Shown here: positions 24,291 to 37,629 of the stretch, one piece after another
Layout: each line of letters starts with the position of its first letter
Numbering within the stretch: position 1 is the first letter of the stretch
DNA from: Camelus ferus
Taxonomy: Eukaryota
NCBI RefSeq assembly: GCF_009834535.1
Contig: NC_045696.1
Span: forward strand, 33,048,001 to 33,112,000
Length of the DNA: 64,000 nucleotides
Direction: 5' to 3'
The notes under the pieces: generated by a model
What the model was told of the DNA's origin: nothing
Database searches by the model: none
What the model saw: only the letters and a program-made list of their open reading frames with translations
Translations under genes and position numbers: made by a program

Positions 24291-27200
24291 TCAGTCATCT
24301 AGGTAGGAGGACTATTTGATAAGGCTTGATTACTATTATAAATAGAGTAGAAATAGAAATATGTGTTTATTCATTTACTTATTTACTATACTTGTAACAA
24401 TGTTTGTTAAACCCTTCTTGACAATGTGTAAAGCATGTGAATGAGTGAATTTTGAGCCTCCGCCTCTTAGTATCTCACAAAAATTGTTAGGTTCTGAGCC
24501 CAAGAGGTATTAAAATAATTATCAGAAGTAGGTAAGTTTAGATGTCTTGGCTTGGACTTACAGGTTTGAGGTTTGAAGTCTGTGGTCCAGAGATGGATAA
24601 AATGACTGATACTAATCTGTGTAAAGAGAAATGGTGACATCTTATGACAACTGATATTCATTAGCCAGGAGAATCCAACAAAGGGACATGAGTTACGGCA
24701 TTACAGACATACCTAGCTGCATGCATACCTAGTAACAAGGTACGTAAGTCATGATTATTGATTAAAACAACGAAGGTGAGCTCTAGTTAACTAAGAAAAA
24801 AAGAAATGATGGCAGGGTTATTGAATGGCCAGTCTGAATGGTCAGCGATCTGGAGAACGTGGCTTAAGAAACCAGGAAGAATTGAATAAGCCTAAGGCCT
24901 TGAGAACAAGCCAGGGTCACGGAGCAGGATATCAGGTGGTCACCACTGGTGAGCAGCTCCTGCTGCATCACTGTGGGCTTAGCCTCCAGTCCCCTGGAAC
25001 ATCTTTGCCTGGTTCTGTCCAGTTTTGCAAAATCTAGTCCCTCAAGCTGATTCTTTTTTGCAAGACCTGCTTGCTTGCCTTCTGTTTTGGTAAAGGAAAG
25101 GGGCTCTTGACTCTCACCAAAGCAAAAAGATAATGAGTGCTTTCCCCATAAATAGACACTAGCAACCTTCAAATGAGAACTGTTCACTGCATACATTACA
25201 ATATTTCTGCCTTTTTGATCAGTAAAATTGTAAGAACTGGGTAACTTATTTGCATTGGCACTGATTAGTTTCACATGAAATTTGTAGCCAGCATTGACTG
25301 GGCTTGGACACTTACCATTAAGTTCCCAAGACTGCAGCTGTCAAGGTACCAAACCCCAAGGCTTGTATTGATTTCTCCTCCCCATAGGAACGCACAGTGA
25401 AATATCTGCTAATCTTACACTTTACTTTCCTCAATAAATATTCGGAGTAGCTACCACATGCCTAATTAAAAAAATTCCCTAATTGGCGAAGGCCACTGAT
25501 TGATGATCCAGTTTTGTAAAGTACCAGTTGTTCATAGTATAAGAGAGCCGAGCCCTGCAGAAATAATAGCCCAAGTTGGACACATGGGTCTAGCTTTTAT
25601 GATGGTCAAATGGATGAGAAAGATTATAATGGCACCTAAACATCTGCTGAAACTAACTGTATCAATGATCTGTGAACCAAGCCATGCTTTTGTGATGGAC
25701 TGTTACCACTTCAAAGACATAATTATGGCTGATGAGATCAAACATTTACTTTTTTAAAAGAACACCTGAGTATAAAATTATACATTGCCCTATAGCATTT
25801 AGGATCTTATCAAGGAGAACCATCTCGCCTTCAAAAATAAAAATTAAATGGAGCAGATATGACTCAAAACGCACTTACCATGTGATACTTTTCCATAGCA
25901 TGAGAGAAGTTCACGGGATTTGCAGTTTGCAAATATTGCTTCTTAATAAAGCATAACAGTTAGTTGTTTCAGGTCTGAAGGAACCACATAATAGGCATAA
26001 ATCAGATAAATGCTCTTTTACCCTGGAGCCCTCTTCAGGGGATATCTATCGATGGAGATCTGTGACAGTGGACACACTCCAGTAGCTCATGAATCTTATC
26101 TGCTAAATATAGTAGGCAACGGAGTCAAAGATCAATAAAAAGATTAATGGTTTTAATTACCCCTACATAACCAGTTGTGGGTAAAATTTTACTTGCTACT
26201 TTCACTGAGGGTAGCACACCGCAGTCAGCGTTCCAGTGAAGCTAATTTGACTTTCTGCTTGGTAAATTGCTCATTGACAGTCCTGTAATGAGTCTGCTCT
26301 GTGTGTGACTGAATACTGAACAAGCTTCCGCTTTCTAAAATCAGGGGGAAAAGGCCATAAAACTGATGAATGACCTATAAACAATTTCCTTGTGAAAAAT
26401 ACTAGGAAATAAGACAATCTTCAGGGAAAAGTTTCCCTGCTTAAGCCGTATGGAGCAAGCAAAATAGTACCAGATCAGTGTTGTATTTATGGAGCTGCAT
26501 GAGCTATTCTGACACTGACAAACATCTTCTGAAGATGCATGGAGTAACCGACAAATTATTTTCTTTTTGACAAAGGACAGAGACAACTTTAATGTGTGTG
26601 ATTTGATTATGATTATTGATGTTTAGAGAGGAAACTACTTCACAGCCCGTGTATGTATTTGTAAATCCACACACAAGAATAAGTGGGGCTCTGAAAGGTT
26701 TCCAGCAGTTCTTTTTAAATAATGCCCTGGTGAGCCCTGGGCTTTAGTGTCATATTTCTGGGTTTGCACATCTATACAAGGAATCAAGACATTGCGTCGT
26801 AATATCAAAGATCCCTCAAGGAAGAGTGAGCAGAATCACGGGTATAACTTTTTGTTTTTTATTTTAGTTTTAGTTTTGTTGGTTTGAAGAATGGATGTTG
26901 CTTTTTTTTTTTTTTAGAAAAATATTCATCTTGAAACTATTCATTTTACTACATTTGTCTGACTGTGTAATTTGTATTAGCTGTCCTCTTCTCAATTAGC
27001 ATTATTAGAATGTTCTCAATATAACTCTAAATTAGGTGGTGAAAATCAAGTATTAATGAGCTATTGAATACAAATGTTCTGGAATGCCTGTGCTGGGGAT
27101 GTGAGTTCTGAGGGCCACTCAAGCCACAGTAATGAAAGACCAGGGGATTCTATTAAGCCAGTGCATAAGTGTGAGATTTTTTTTATACCATGTTAAAGGA

Positions 27201-27469
27201 AAATAAAGATATTCCATAGAGCAATTCAGTTATTTCCAAACCAGACTATCTTGGTTTATTTGCTCAGTGAACCTGCTGATAGCGTGTGACATGGATGTAA
27301 AACTGGTCCCTCTGAAACTGTTCTTTATTTCTGAGGACAAGAAATAAGTATCTGCAGTAGAGGCATGAAAGTATTCAAAGGGAAAGAATAGCAAACAAAA
27401 ATATTCCATGAAAAAAACATTTAGAGAATATTTGTATAACTACTGTACTACAATTAAATCGTTTAAGGA

Positions 27470-29135
27470 AAAAATTGAGCAGAAAATGTTCATTTGCAGA
27501 GAAAAATGTACACTATTAAACATGTTGTGTATCAGTGAAATCGTTCCAAAATACATAAGTTACATATTGGCAGACTAAAATAGAGAAATAGACATTCATA
27601 GTGGGAGACATTTAGCAACACAACATGAAGTGGAATTAGATTAAAAAAAAAAAAACAGTCCTGGTGATCATATAAAGGAAACTATTAGGAAATACATATT
27701 ATGAACAAATATGGAAGTAAAATCATATACAAGGCCAAAATCTTACGTTCTTAAGGGGAAATAAATTTTAAAATATTAAATAACCCAAATATTCTGAAAA
27801 ACTGTAAAAATTCTAAGTGAACCACTCCAGAAAATAATTTTGAACCATTTATAAAATAACTTTGAAATTAAAAAATTCTCCAAGATGAGTAACAATGAAT
27901 GTGTCTCAATCACAATTTTATGCCAACATTAAAAAAGATAGGAAAAAGTCTGACAATTAATTAGTAAGCTAAGCACTGAATTAAATAGGTTCAAAGTAGT
28001 CATAGAATAACCTTCAGTAATGTCAAAGGTAAGCATGAGTAGAAATGAAAGTAATATATAGTAGAGAAAAACCACAAAGCTAAAAGTTGGTTTTAAGACT
28101 AATTCAACTGAAAAGCTTGAGAATATCTTATAAAAAATAAAACAGATGTTAGAAATAAACAATATTAGAATTGAAAAGTTGACATAAATGTGTACATATA
28201 TGCATACATTCAGCAGAGATTATGTGGTTAGTTTGTTAAAAATTATATTTGAAATTTGAAATTTATATAAGATAGAAGTATTCTTTAAAAAGTGAACCTT
28301 TGCTCAAAAAAATAGAAAATCTCAATAAAAACAACCGTTAAAACTATTCAATTGCAGGTAAAGTATATTTTGACCTCAAAGTGTTTTAAAACAGTACCTG
28401 ACCCAGAGATTTTACAGATGATTTCTACCAAAAATAGGTAGTTACAATTTCAAAGTTAATTTTTTTAATTGGAAGAAAGAAACTTTTCAAATTTTATGTG
28501 TCCCACATAGCCTACATATCAAAACTAACAAAGACAATATGATGCCAGAAAAATACAAGTTATTTCATTGAATACAGATGAAAACACATTTATAACAATA
28601 CAAGGTAAAATAATGTGTATTAAAATAGGGCAGGACCAAGTTGCCTTTATCTTTGCTAGTGCCAGATTGGTTTAAATGTAAGGAAATCTATAGTGTAATT
28701 AGCCACATTAGTCACATTAATACATTAAATTAACAAACAGGGATGATCATTTCACTGGATGTAGTAAAAACATTAAATAAAATTCAGCATCCATCCATAA
28801 TAAAATAAATTCATAGCTAAATCAGAATAGAGGAGACTTCTGTTCTGAAGGTTAAATGCCAAACATACATTAAGCATCATAATGATGAAGGTTAAAAGAG
28901 TTAGTTTTAGATTAGCTAAATAATACCTGCTATCACTCTATGAGTAAGAGAGTAAAAGTTCAATATACACAAGTCAATTATATTCATTTTTATATATCCT
29001 CAGGAAAATGTTAAAAAATGTAAAATTTTAAAATGCCACTTAAAATGATAACTACCTATATAAAATAAGGTATCTAAATTCACCAAAAGATGTATTAAAA
29101 TTGAATTACTATTAAATCTTCTTTGAAAGACATAA
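27470..29135 (+). mobile_element. Highly decayed old L1 (L1ME/L1M5) ORF2
   Basis: A-rich strand with residual motifs cctgacccagagattttacagatgatttctacca and ataaaattcagcatccatccataataaaa. Confidence 0.7.
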
Positions 29136-29139
29136 ATTC

Positions 29140-29645
29140 TGTGCTATCCAGCCTCTGAAAAGGACCCAGTGATCCCTTCCTCTTCATAAATATGTGTCAT
29201 AGTCCATGGCTTCATTTACCAGGGGAAGTCTGTGTGACCAATGTGTATGGTAGAGCTGCTAGTATGTTTCCTCCAAGTTTCGATTATAAGAGACCTTGGC
29301 TTCTGTCTTAGGTAATCTCTTGCTTTCCCTCTTGGATCACTTATCCTGGAGAAAGCAAGCCGAGACATTGTGAGTAGCCCTATGGATACATGAGGGTATA
29401 AAATGTGCAGCCAATAGCCTGTTAAGAACTGAGACCTACCATCAACCATATATGTGATCCTGGAAGCAAACTTTCTAGCCACAGTCAAGCTTTGAAATAG
29501 CTTCTGTTCTGACTAGTAGCTTAACTGCAACCTAGTAAAAAGCTCTGAGTCAGAACCACCAGCTAAGACACTCTTGATTCCTGATCTTCAGAAACTATAT
29601 AAGATAATAAAGATTTGTTGCTATAAGATGCTACATTTTGAGGTG
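29140..29645 (+). mobile_element. MaLR LTR (MLT1F-like)
   Basis: tgtgctatccagcctct...cccagtgatccc...ctgagtcagaaccaccagctaag...attcctgatcttcagaaactatataagataataaagatttgttg. Confidence 0.8.
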
Positions 29646-29649
29646 TGTT

Positions 29650-30469
29650 GACTGGGACTGATCATGCATTTGTAAGCAGCTGATAAGTTGAGTTTCTCAT
29701 TTCCATGTCTGGAAGTAGGCTTGCTATTGATACGCATGATGGAGTTAACTATGCCTCTTATCATTTAGCTGGTTAGCCCTGGTTTGTTCTGGTGGTGGCA
29801 GGCACAAGTTCTCAAAGAGTAGTGCTTGCACGAAGTCTTGCAGACATCAAGACTTATACAAGCGTTTTGTAAGACTGTGCTTTGTGGTTTGTTTGTTTGT
29901 TTTAAACACCAATATATTACAGTTCTCTAGAGAATCAGCACCTATGTATGTGTGTGTGTGTGTGTGTGTGTCTATTGATGGATTGACTGGGAATGGTTCA
30001 TGCAGTGATGGAGGCTGGCAAGTCTACATCTGCAGCGTGGCCAGCAGTCTGGAGACCCAGGGAAAATCTTGTGTTGTAGTTCAGGTTTAAATTCTCCCTT
30101 CTGCAGAATTCTCTCTTGCTCTGGGGAGGTCCATTTTTTGCTCTATTCAGATTTCAACTGCTTGGATAAGGCCCACCCTCCTTATGGAGTACAATCTGTC
30201 TACTCAAAAACCACTTATTTAAATGTTAATCTCATACAAAAACACTCTCACAGAAACAGCCAGGATAATGTCTGACCACCTGTCTGGGCACCATGCCTCA
30301 GCCACGATGACACAGATCATTCACTGTCACAGTCAAACTGGTCAAGAAAACCTGATGTAGTGAAATGCAGATTCTTCCTCTTCATGAGAAGAGTTAAAAA
30401 TCTCATTGCAAAAGCATACACCATACAGGAATGGGAAAATGGCTGTCCAGTTTTTGGACAATATGCCAC
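29650..30469 (-). mobile_element. Older MaLR LTR (MLT1H/J-like), split by an MLT2 LTR
   Basis: The pieces at 29650-29890 and 30332-30469 (...cttcctcttcatgagaagag...caatatgccaca) flank the MLT2 copy. Confidence 0.5.
29913..30331 (-). mobile_element. ERVL solo LTR (MLT2B-like) with internal (TG)n at 29949-29971
   Basis: ttctctagagaatcagcacc...gatggaggctggcaagtc...aaatgttaatctcatacaaaaacactctcacagaaacagccaggataatgtctgacca...ctgggcacc. Confidence 0.85.
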
Positions 30470-30641
30470 AGAATGGCAGATGATTCAGTGTTAGGGTTAT
30501 GTCTGAGGAAGAACAGGAGGGTGAGCAGAGAGGATGGGGCCTGCGGGTACTGGTATCTGGGTGGTAAATATATGAGTGCTTGTTGTATTGTGCTTTAGAC
30601 CTTAAATATTCATAACTATGAATACTCACATGTAAGCATAT

Positions 30642-31425
30642 TGTGATACTGATATTGTGATTTATAAAAAGAAATGTGTATCTGGCACAGAGCTCCTAAA
30701 CCCACTGGAATTTCCTAAGTGATGAGAGATAAAGGCATCTTTTGTTATGTCAGTGAGGTGACTTTGGGAAAGTGCCTAGGTAACCTAAGACTGGAGGTTG
30801 GTTGCCAGGGGAGCGAACCACACCATAAGATGGTGAGAACTTCCAGTCCTCCCTCCCCAACCTTCAGGGAGAGGAGAGGGCCTGGAGGTTGAATCAATTA
30901 CAGGGGCCAGTGATTTAGCGAATTATGCCTATGTAACGAAGCCTCCATAAAAGCATAAAAGAACGGGGTTTGGAGGACTTCTGGGTTGGTGAACACATGA
31001 AGATTTGGGGAGGGCAGGGCACTGGGAGAGGACGTGGAAGCCCCGTGCCCTTTGCTTATACCTCACCCTATTCATCTCTTTCATCTGGCTGTTCTGAGTT
31101 TATACCGTTTTATAATAAGCTGGTACTCTAGTAAGTAAAATGTTTCTCTGAGTTCTGTAAGTACTCTAGCGAAGTAATCAAACCCAGGGAGGGGGGTCTT
31201 TGGACCATCCAACCTATGGCTGGTTGGTCAAAACACAGGGGACAACCTGGGTTGAAACTGGCATCTGCAGTGATGGAAGGGTGGGGACCCTCTTCTAGGG
31301 CTGAACCTTTAACCTGTGGGATCTGATACTGTCTCCAGGTGGATGGTGTCAGAATTGAGTTGAATTGTGGGACAACACCCAGCTAGTGTCCAAAAGTTTC
31401 TTGGTAGTGTGGAGGAAAACGCCCA
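30642..31425 (+). mobile_element. MER21-like solo LTR
   Basis: tgtgata...ctggcacagagctcctaaa...ggaatttcctaagtgatgagag...tatgtaacgaagcctccataaaa...tgtttctctgagttctgt...gtgtcagaattgagttgaattg. Confidence 0.85.
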
Positions 31426-34400
31426 ATATAAAAATTACTGACTAGAATTGTACATCTCTACATATGTGTGAAATTTAAAATCAAAACGTCATGGTCTGAT
31501 TACCCTTTCATAATACTGTAGGAAAGTTTGGATCTTAGATTAGGCTATTTCAGGTATTATGGCTTGTTCAGAGTTTGTATTATGAAGGTAAATCCTGTAT
31601 TTGCAGCATATTTTTGTACATATTAAAGTAGAGTTTCTGTCGCATGCAGAGGCCTTTGTTTTCAAGTCACATTAATGCAGCCTCTGTACTTAGAAATAGC
31701 TAATCTCAATAGAGACAGAACACATGTGTGCACATGGTATTTTGCTGTCCTTTCTTTTTTTTTAAGTTTGTTGCTTTATGAAATATTGAGGATAATTTTT
31801 CACAGAGACACTGCCTCTCCTAATTAGATGACTGGTTCGAAACAGGCACATTTAAAAATAAGAAATAGTGACATATTACTGAGACATTCTTGTTGAAATC
31901 AGGTGCAAGTGTATAAAACCTAGATTGCACGTACGTAGATTATGTGACATTGATATTGGAATACTTAAGACAGAAAGCATTTGGTTCTTTTGAGGTAAAT
32001 TGATGTGAACCAAAATGTGATTAAATGGCCAGAGATGGTGCTTATTTTGTGCTTGCCTTAATAACTAGAGACTGCATGCCATTATGAATGAGACTAACTG
32101 GTGGCAGGATGCTCTGTTTCAACCACTGACTTGCAGGAAGACCTAAGCAAATCACTCAGCTTTCAGGGCCATGATTCCCCCATTTCTGGAATCAAATTTC
32201 TGATCTGATCTTTCTCTCAAAGAGTCTATGGATTATGATTTTTCATTCTTACGAAAAGATTAACTTTTCTACTTTGTGATTAGGTGTCATATCACTCACT
32301 TCTAATCAGAAAATGGTTTTCACTGTAAATAGCAAGGTATTTTACTCCTAATTTTCTAGCATTTAAAACTCAGATGGTACTCAGGGTAGTTGTAGATAAG
32401 TTACCACTCCTGGGGATCTGTCATTGATTTATTTTTCACGCACACTATCTCTTATGAAGCTATGAGAATTTCTGAAATTCTGTGATTCTTTTCAAGTTAT
32501 TTAAAGGTGGATGCAAGTGAAACCAAGGTGTGTACCTTTTTGTGTTTTTCACATCATAGTCGTAATTTCATCGTATACAACTTTGTTGGGTGGATGAAAA
32601 TTGCATACTCATTCTTCCATCCAGTGTATTTGCTGGGCAAACAATTAGAATTCTGTTTTATACTACAGTGTTGTGTTTACAACCTATGTATTCTAAACTT
32701 AGAGAAGTTTTTTTTTTCCCCTTCTGGGGAGGAAATACATCCTTGAAAAAATTTTTTAAATGTGTTCTTAAAAAAAAAAAGTGGAAAGGTAAAGTCAGTA
32801 TTGAAATACTGTGGTCCAAGAGTGATTGCAACATGCTTTGGGATAAAGACAAGAATATAAACAGTTAAATCTGAGCACATAACCTTCCAAAGTATTTGGA
32901 ATGAGAGGTTGTATTATATAATAGGTAAGAACCTGGACACCATAGCCAGAGTGCCATTACAGGGCTTAGAATAGTGCCTTACATATAACAGTCAGCCATG
33001 CATGTGTTTGCCAAATCGATGTCCAAATGGCCTCACTCATTGGCAGAATGAAGCTTTGTGATAATTCTTGCATCTAAAATAAACTCTACTCTGATGTGTA
33101 AAGCAAAAATATTGAAAGATAAACAAGTAAAAGTTTATCAGCCTGTATGAATCATTTGTTTTGACATACTTTGTTTGAATGTATACAGTCAAAACTACTC
33201 TAAGAAATAGCTGCAGAATAAACAGAAATGTACCCATGTGGGTTAATTAAGGTCTGTAACTGCCCTAGTTATGACAGCTGGCATAGTCTGGAACAAGGCT
33301 TTCCTTACCTCATAATGACTGACTTGCACTCAAAGGGAAAGTTTTATGTTCCTTTTTCATTATTTTATACTACCCAGAATAAATACAACTTAATAGACCT
33401 GGCTGTTAAATAAAGCATTTTGATCACAGACCTAGTGACAAAGATGAACGTCTGCTTGAGACACATTTACAGAATAATCACGGGGGTCAGTGACCAGGGC
33501 CAAACAGGGAAGATAGTATCTGACCTCTGCACTCTGCCACTTGTATGACATTAAACAATGGAATAATCATCAAGGAACTAAGCTTTTTAATATTTATTGA
33601 AAATATGCTACATGCTGTGTAGTATTCCAGCATTCTTGAGGGAGATGTTGCCTGTTAATTTGTGTTTAAAGGAGGGCTTCACAGGGGAGGAAAAGGCTGG
33701 AAAGGGCTCTGTGGGGTCTGATCTTCAGCCCCATACACATTGTTAGTTTCAGGTCCCATGATATGTGGATTACATAGCCCTAGAATTTTTGTGGCGGTAC
33801 TATGAGTGTGATTGTATTTACTGTTGTTCTTTTAGTGATATTAATACAAGTATAAAATAATAATTCACCTGAATGATAAATTACTTCAATGAGTAGGATT
33901 CAGGGTGAGAGCAATGAGTATTGAGTTTGTATCTGCTTTGAGCCACAAGCAGAGAATATCAATACGCCTGTGTTCTGAGGAATCTGTCCTCGAAAGTTAA
34001 TAAAAATAACACCAAATAAAAGATGTAGTAATTTAACCCACTGGTTATCCAAAGGCACGTCTGAAAAAAAGACTAGAATTCTCCTACTGTGGTAATAGTC
34101 GTGTTGAGAAGAGTGGAAAATAAATGTGTAAGATGCCTTGAACCCAAAGGGTAATGACTGGTGAAAGAACAAGAATTTCTGTCAGGAACTGATAATTCTG
34201 GACTCGTAATTATCGGTTTGGATGAGGATTTTTTTTTAAAGTTCCTTTAAAATTAGATGAATTTTCAAAATTCTTTTTGGAGAGTTGAATTAAGGGTACA
34301 TATATTTTTTCTTCAGATAATTTTCCTATATTTTCAAATTTTTCTACCACAGCTGTATGACTTTATAAGTAAAATGAGCACCGTTTATAAATTATTTACA

Positions 34401-35310
34401 TTTAATGTATCTGTTAATGCAGCGTAAAATTTTCCCTGTGCCATGAATGCATGTGCAGTATACCCAGATTTTGTATCATAGACCCATAAGAACAACTTTT
34501 TTTAGGAGTCTGTCAGCAAAACTACAACACAAACTTTGGCTTTGCTCTCCTTGTACCTCAGCTAGTTCTTCTGTTAAGCTCAACAGCCTGTGTAACTATA
34601 ACCTAAGGTTTAAATAAATATATTGCTAGGTAAGTGTACCTGGGGTTTGGAGATAGAAATGTATAAAGGATAAAGTAGAAAATGAGGGAGGCAAAGGACT
34701 GTCTTAGCTTGAGTTCCCTGGGGGCAGAGGCTGAAACAAAGATGTGGGTGAAGGAGATTTAAGGAGGAAGGACTCCCAGGAGAAGTGGAGGATTAGTGTA
34801 CCCGCTCTCGATTGAGGAGATATTGGTGGGGCATCAGCATTACTCACTAAGAGACACTTAGTAGTTGGAAAGCCTCACTTTTTGGTTTGTTTTAAAAACA
34901 ACGACAACAACAGGAAAACAGGATTTCATAGAGGAAAGGACATGAACTTTTCACCCACATCTGGATGATGAATTTTAAAACCATCACTAAACTTTGCTGA
35001 ATCTCAGTTTCCTCCAGTATAAAATGTCCTTGTCAGCTAGCTGTATTTCTAAAACATCTTGGAAAGTGCTTGGAGCATCCTAGGTGCTCAGTAAGTGTAA
35101 GTACTTGCCTCGTGACACCAATCACTTGTGTCAACCTTGTTTATTCCTTAAAATTAGCTTGTATTTGCAGGGTGCTTGAGAGTTTGCTAAGCTCTACATG
35201 CATTCTCTTATTTAAACTTTATAAAGATCTTCTGAGGTCAGTAGGTCATGCATCATTATCTTTTACACATCAACAGGTACAGATTCAGAGATGGCATATG
35301 CGAGAGAAAC

Positions 35311-35888
35311 TGTGTTAGTTAACTACTGCTGGGTAACAACTTACTCTTAAGCATAGTAGTTTAAAACACTTCACGTTTATTATCTCACAATTTCTGTGGG
35401 TCAAGAATCAGAGCCCAGCTTTGTTGAGTTCTCTGATTCAGGGTCTTTGATAAACCTGAAATCAAGATGCTGGCCCGGCTCTCTCAGAAGGCTGCAGTCG
35501 CAGTATGGGCAGGGGTCGTGGTTGTCCCAAGGTTTAACACTGGGGCACGATTCACTTCCAAGATCCCTCAGTGGCTGTTGGCAGGATTTTGTTCATTATA
35601 GTCTGGTGGACTGAGGGCCTCAGTTCCTTACTGGATGGGTCTTTCCAACATTACATCTTTCTTCATGAGAGTGAGCAAGCCAAGGACATGGGGAAAGAAA
35701 ATCAGTAAGTACTGGCAAGAAAGAAATGTTCTCTAACATAATCAGTGAAGTGACCTGTCCTTTTTACTGTATTCCTTTCTTAAAAACAAGGAAAGGTCCA
35801 GCCCACACTCAATGAAAGGGGCTTATACAAGGATGTAAATACCAGGAGGTTGGTGTCATCGTGAGGCATGTCAGAGCTGCCTACGACA
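35311..35888 (-). mobile_element. MaLR solo LTR (MLT1F-like) with intact 5-bp TSD
   Basis: TG...CA ends. TSD gaaac at 35306-35310 and 35889-35893. Internal tttattatctcacaatttctgtgggtcaagaatc and ggactgagggcctcagttcctt. Confidence 0.85.
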
Positions 35889-36908
35889 GAAACCGGTTTT
35901 TTTGTTTGTTTTGGTTTACTTTTTGTTGTCTACTGTGTCAGAAATTGGGCTATTCAACGTAATCCACACAACCACCTTGATGGATACTTTTCTCTTTTTT
36001 ACCTTTGGAAAAGGACAGTTTTGATTAACCAATTTTACAGGGTCACATTGCTAGTAAGTAGCACATAGGTGCCCAAATTGTAATGATGCAAATAGACTAC
36101 ATGGTCTGACTTCTATTAGATGTCAAGAACAGTATCTGATCCCTTCCTGTGCCTTGCACAGTGGCTTGTTTTATACAGTTAGCATCCAAAAAATAGTTGT
36201 TGAATGAAGAAAGTGAACGACAGGCTGACCAGAGGAATATTATCCTTTATTTTCTTCATTTATCTTTTTGAAACTCCAGACACAGGCAGAAAGTGGATAA
36301 AGTAAAAACAGTTATGTTTGATGAATAGTATCTTCAGTGTCCCTTCTAATTCTTCAGCATAGGATGGAGATTATTTTTCCCTTGCAAAGGCAAACTGAAC
36401 TGAACTCTGTCCAATGTGTCAATGCTTATGATTGCTTTATTAGGCAAGCTTATGCCACTCATAGCTTATCAGATTTTAAATTACCATATAAATTTCCATA
36501 GTTAGACAATATAGGAGACGTCAGTTTAAAAAGCATCTAATCTTATTTTCAAAGTTAGATAAGAAACAATCAACACTTTAGAATGAAAGCAATACCCCTA
36601 AGCTGGAAAGTGAGAACCTAACAATATTATGGAGACTCATCACCATTAGCTATCACAGTCATGATACTTGCAAAATAGAAACACTGGTTTAATTAATTGT
36701 AACACCTGCAGGGTGAGAGGATCCCGAATCTGCTGCTTGATGGGGAGGTGGGGGCTGGCAGAACACATTCCAGGTTTCACTGAACAAATCTATAAATTAA
36801 CCTAGAATACATGATAAAGGGAATGCAAGTTCCATTCTAATTGTGAATTCCATTCCTATGGCTATTATGCTAACAAGTGAAATTTTTTTCTTTTATTTTT
36901 ACCTATCC

Positions 36909-37007
36909 TTTTTTTTTTAACTGAAGTATATTCAATTTACAATGTTGTGTTACTTTCTGGTGTACAGCATAGTTATTCATTTCCCTATATACGTATTTAC
37001 ATGTAAA
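36909..37007 (-). mobile_element. Extremely 5'-truncated (~100 nt) young L1 3' end
   Basis: T-run plus aactgaagtatattcaatttacaatgttgtgttactttctggtgtacagc. TSD acctatc(c/t)ttt at 36901 and 37008. Confidence 0.8.
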
Positions 37008-37629
37008 ACCTATCTTTTTTGATATAACTTTCACATAATTTCAAGTTCAGTCTTTTCATCAATGTACTCATTTCACCCCAGGTGGCCAGGTAGGATTCTT
37101 CATTAAATCTAAGAAAGCAACAGGGCAAAATCAATTAAATTACAAAGTAAATTTTATGTTCCATTTGGAATTTAGTAGTTGGCTAATTTCAGATTTTGTT
37201 CCGAGGCTTGGTTTTATTTGACTGCACACATGGCTTTCTGTGCTGCTAGATGGTCAGCTATTTGTGAATAGGGGATAAATCACATGTTTATTTTTCTCAA
37301 AGCATATGACATAAAATCTTGTATCTAAGCCAGGAATCACTATATTAAACAAAACATAGCTTGAGATAAATAAAAGGTTGGCATTTTTAAGAAACTTTCA
37401 GCATCCCCATAATGGAGTAAGTGAATCCAGTTGTTAACAAGGGCATAACAAAAGGACTTTGAAAATTCAGGTATTACGATAAGGAAATATATAGGAAAAC
37501 GGTATTGTACAGAATAAAACAATGCTTAAGTAAAAAGGCTGAACTACAAAAAATGTTTTTGCATAAAAAACACATCAGAATTCAGCTAATACTTCGGTGT
37601 TTCTCTGCCAGTTGCAGAATCACTTAATT

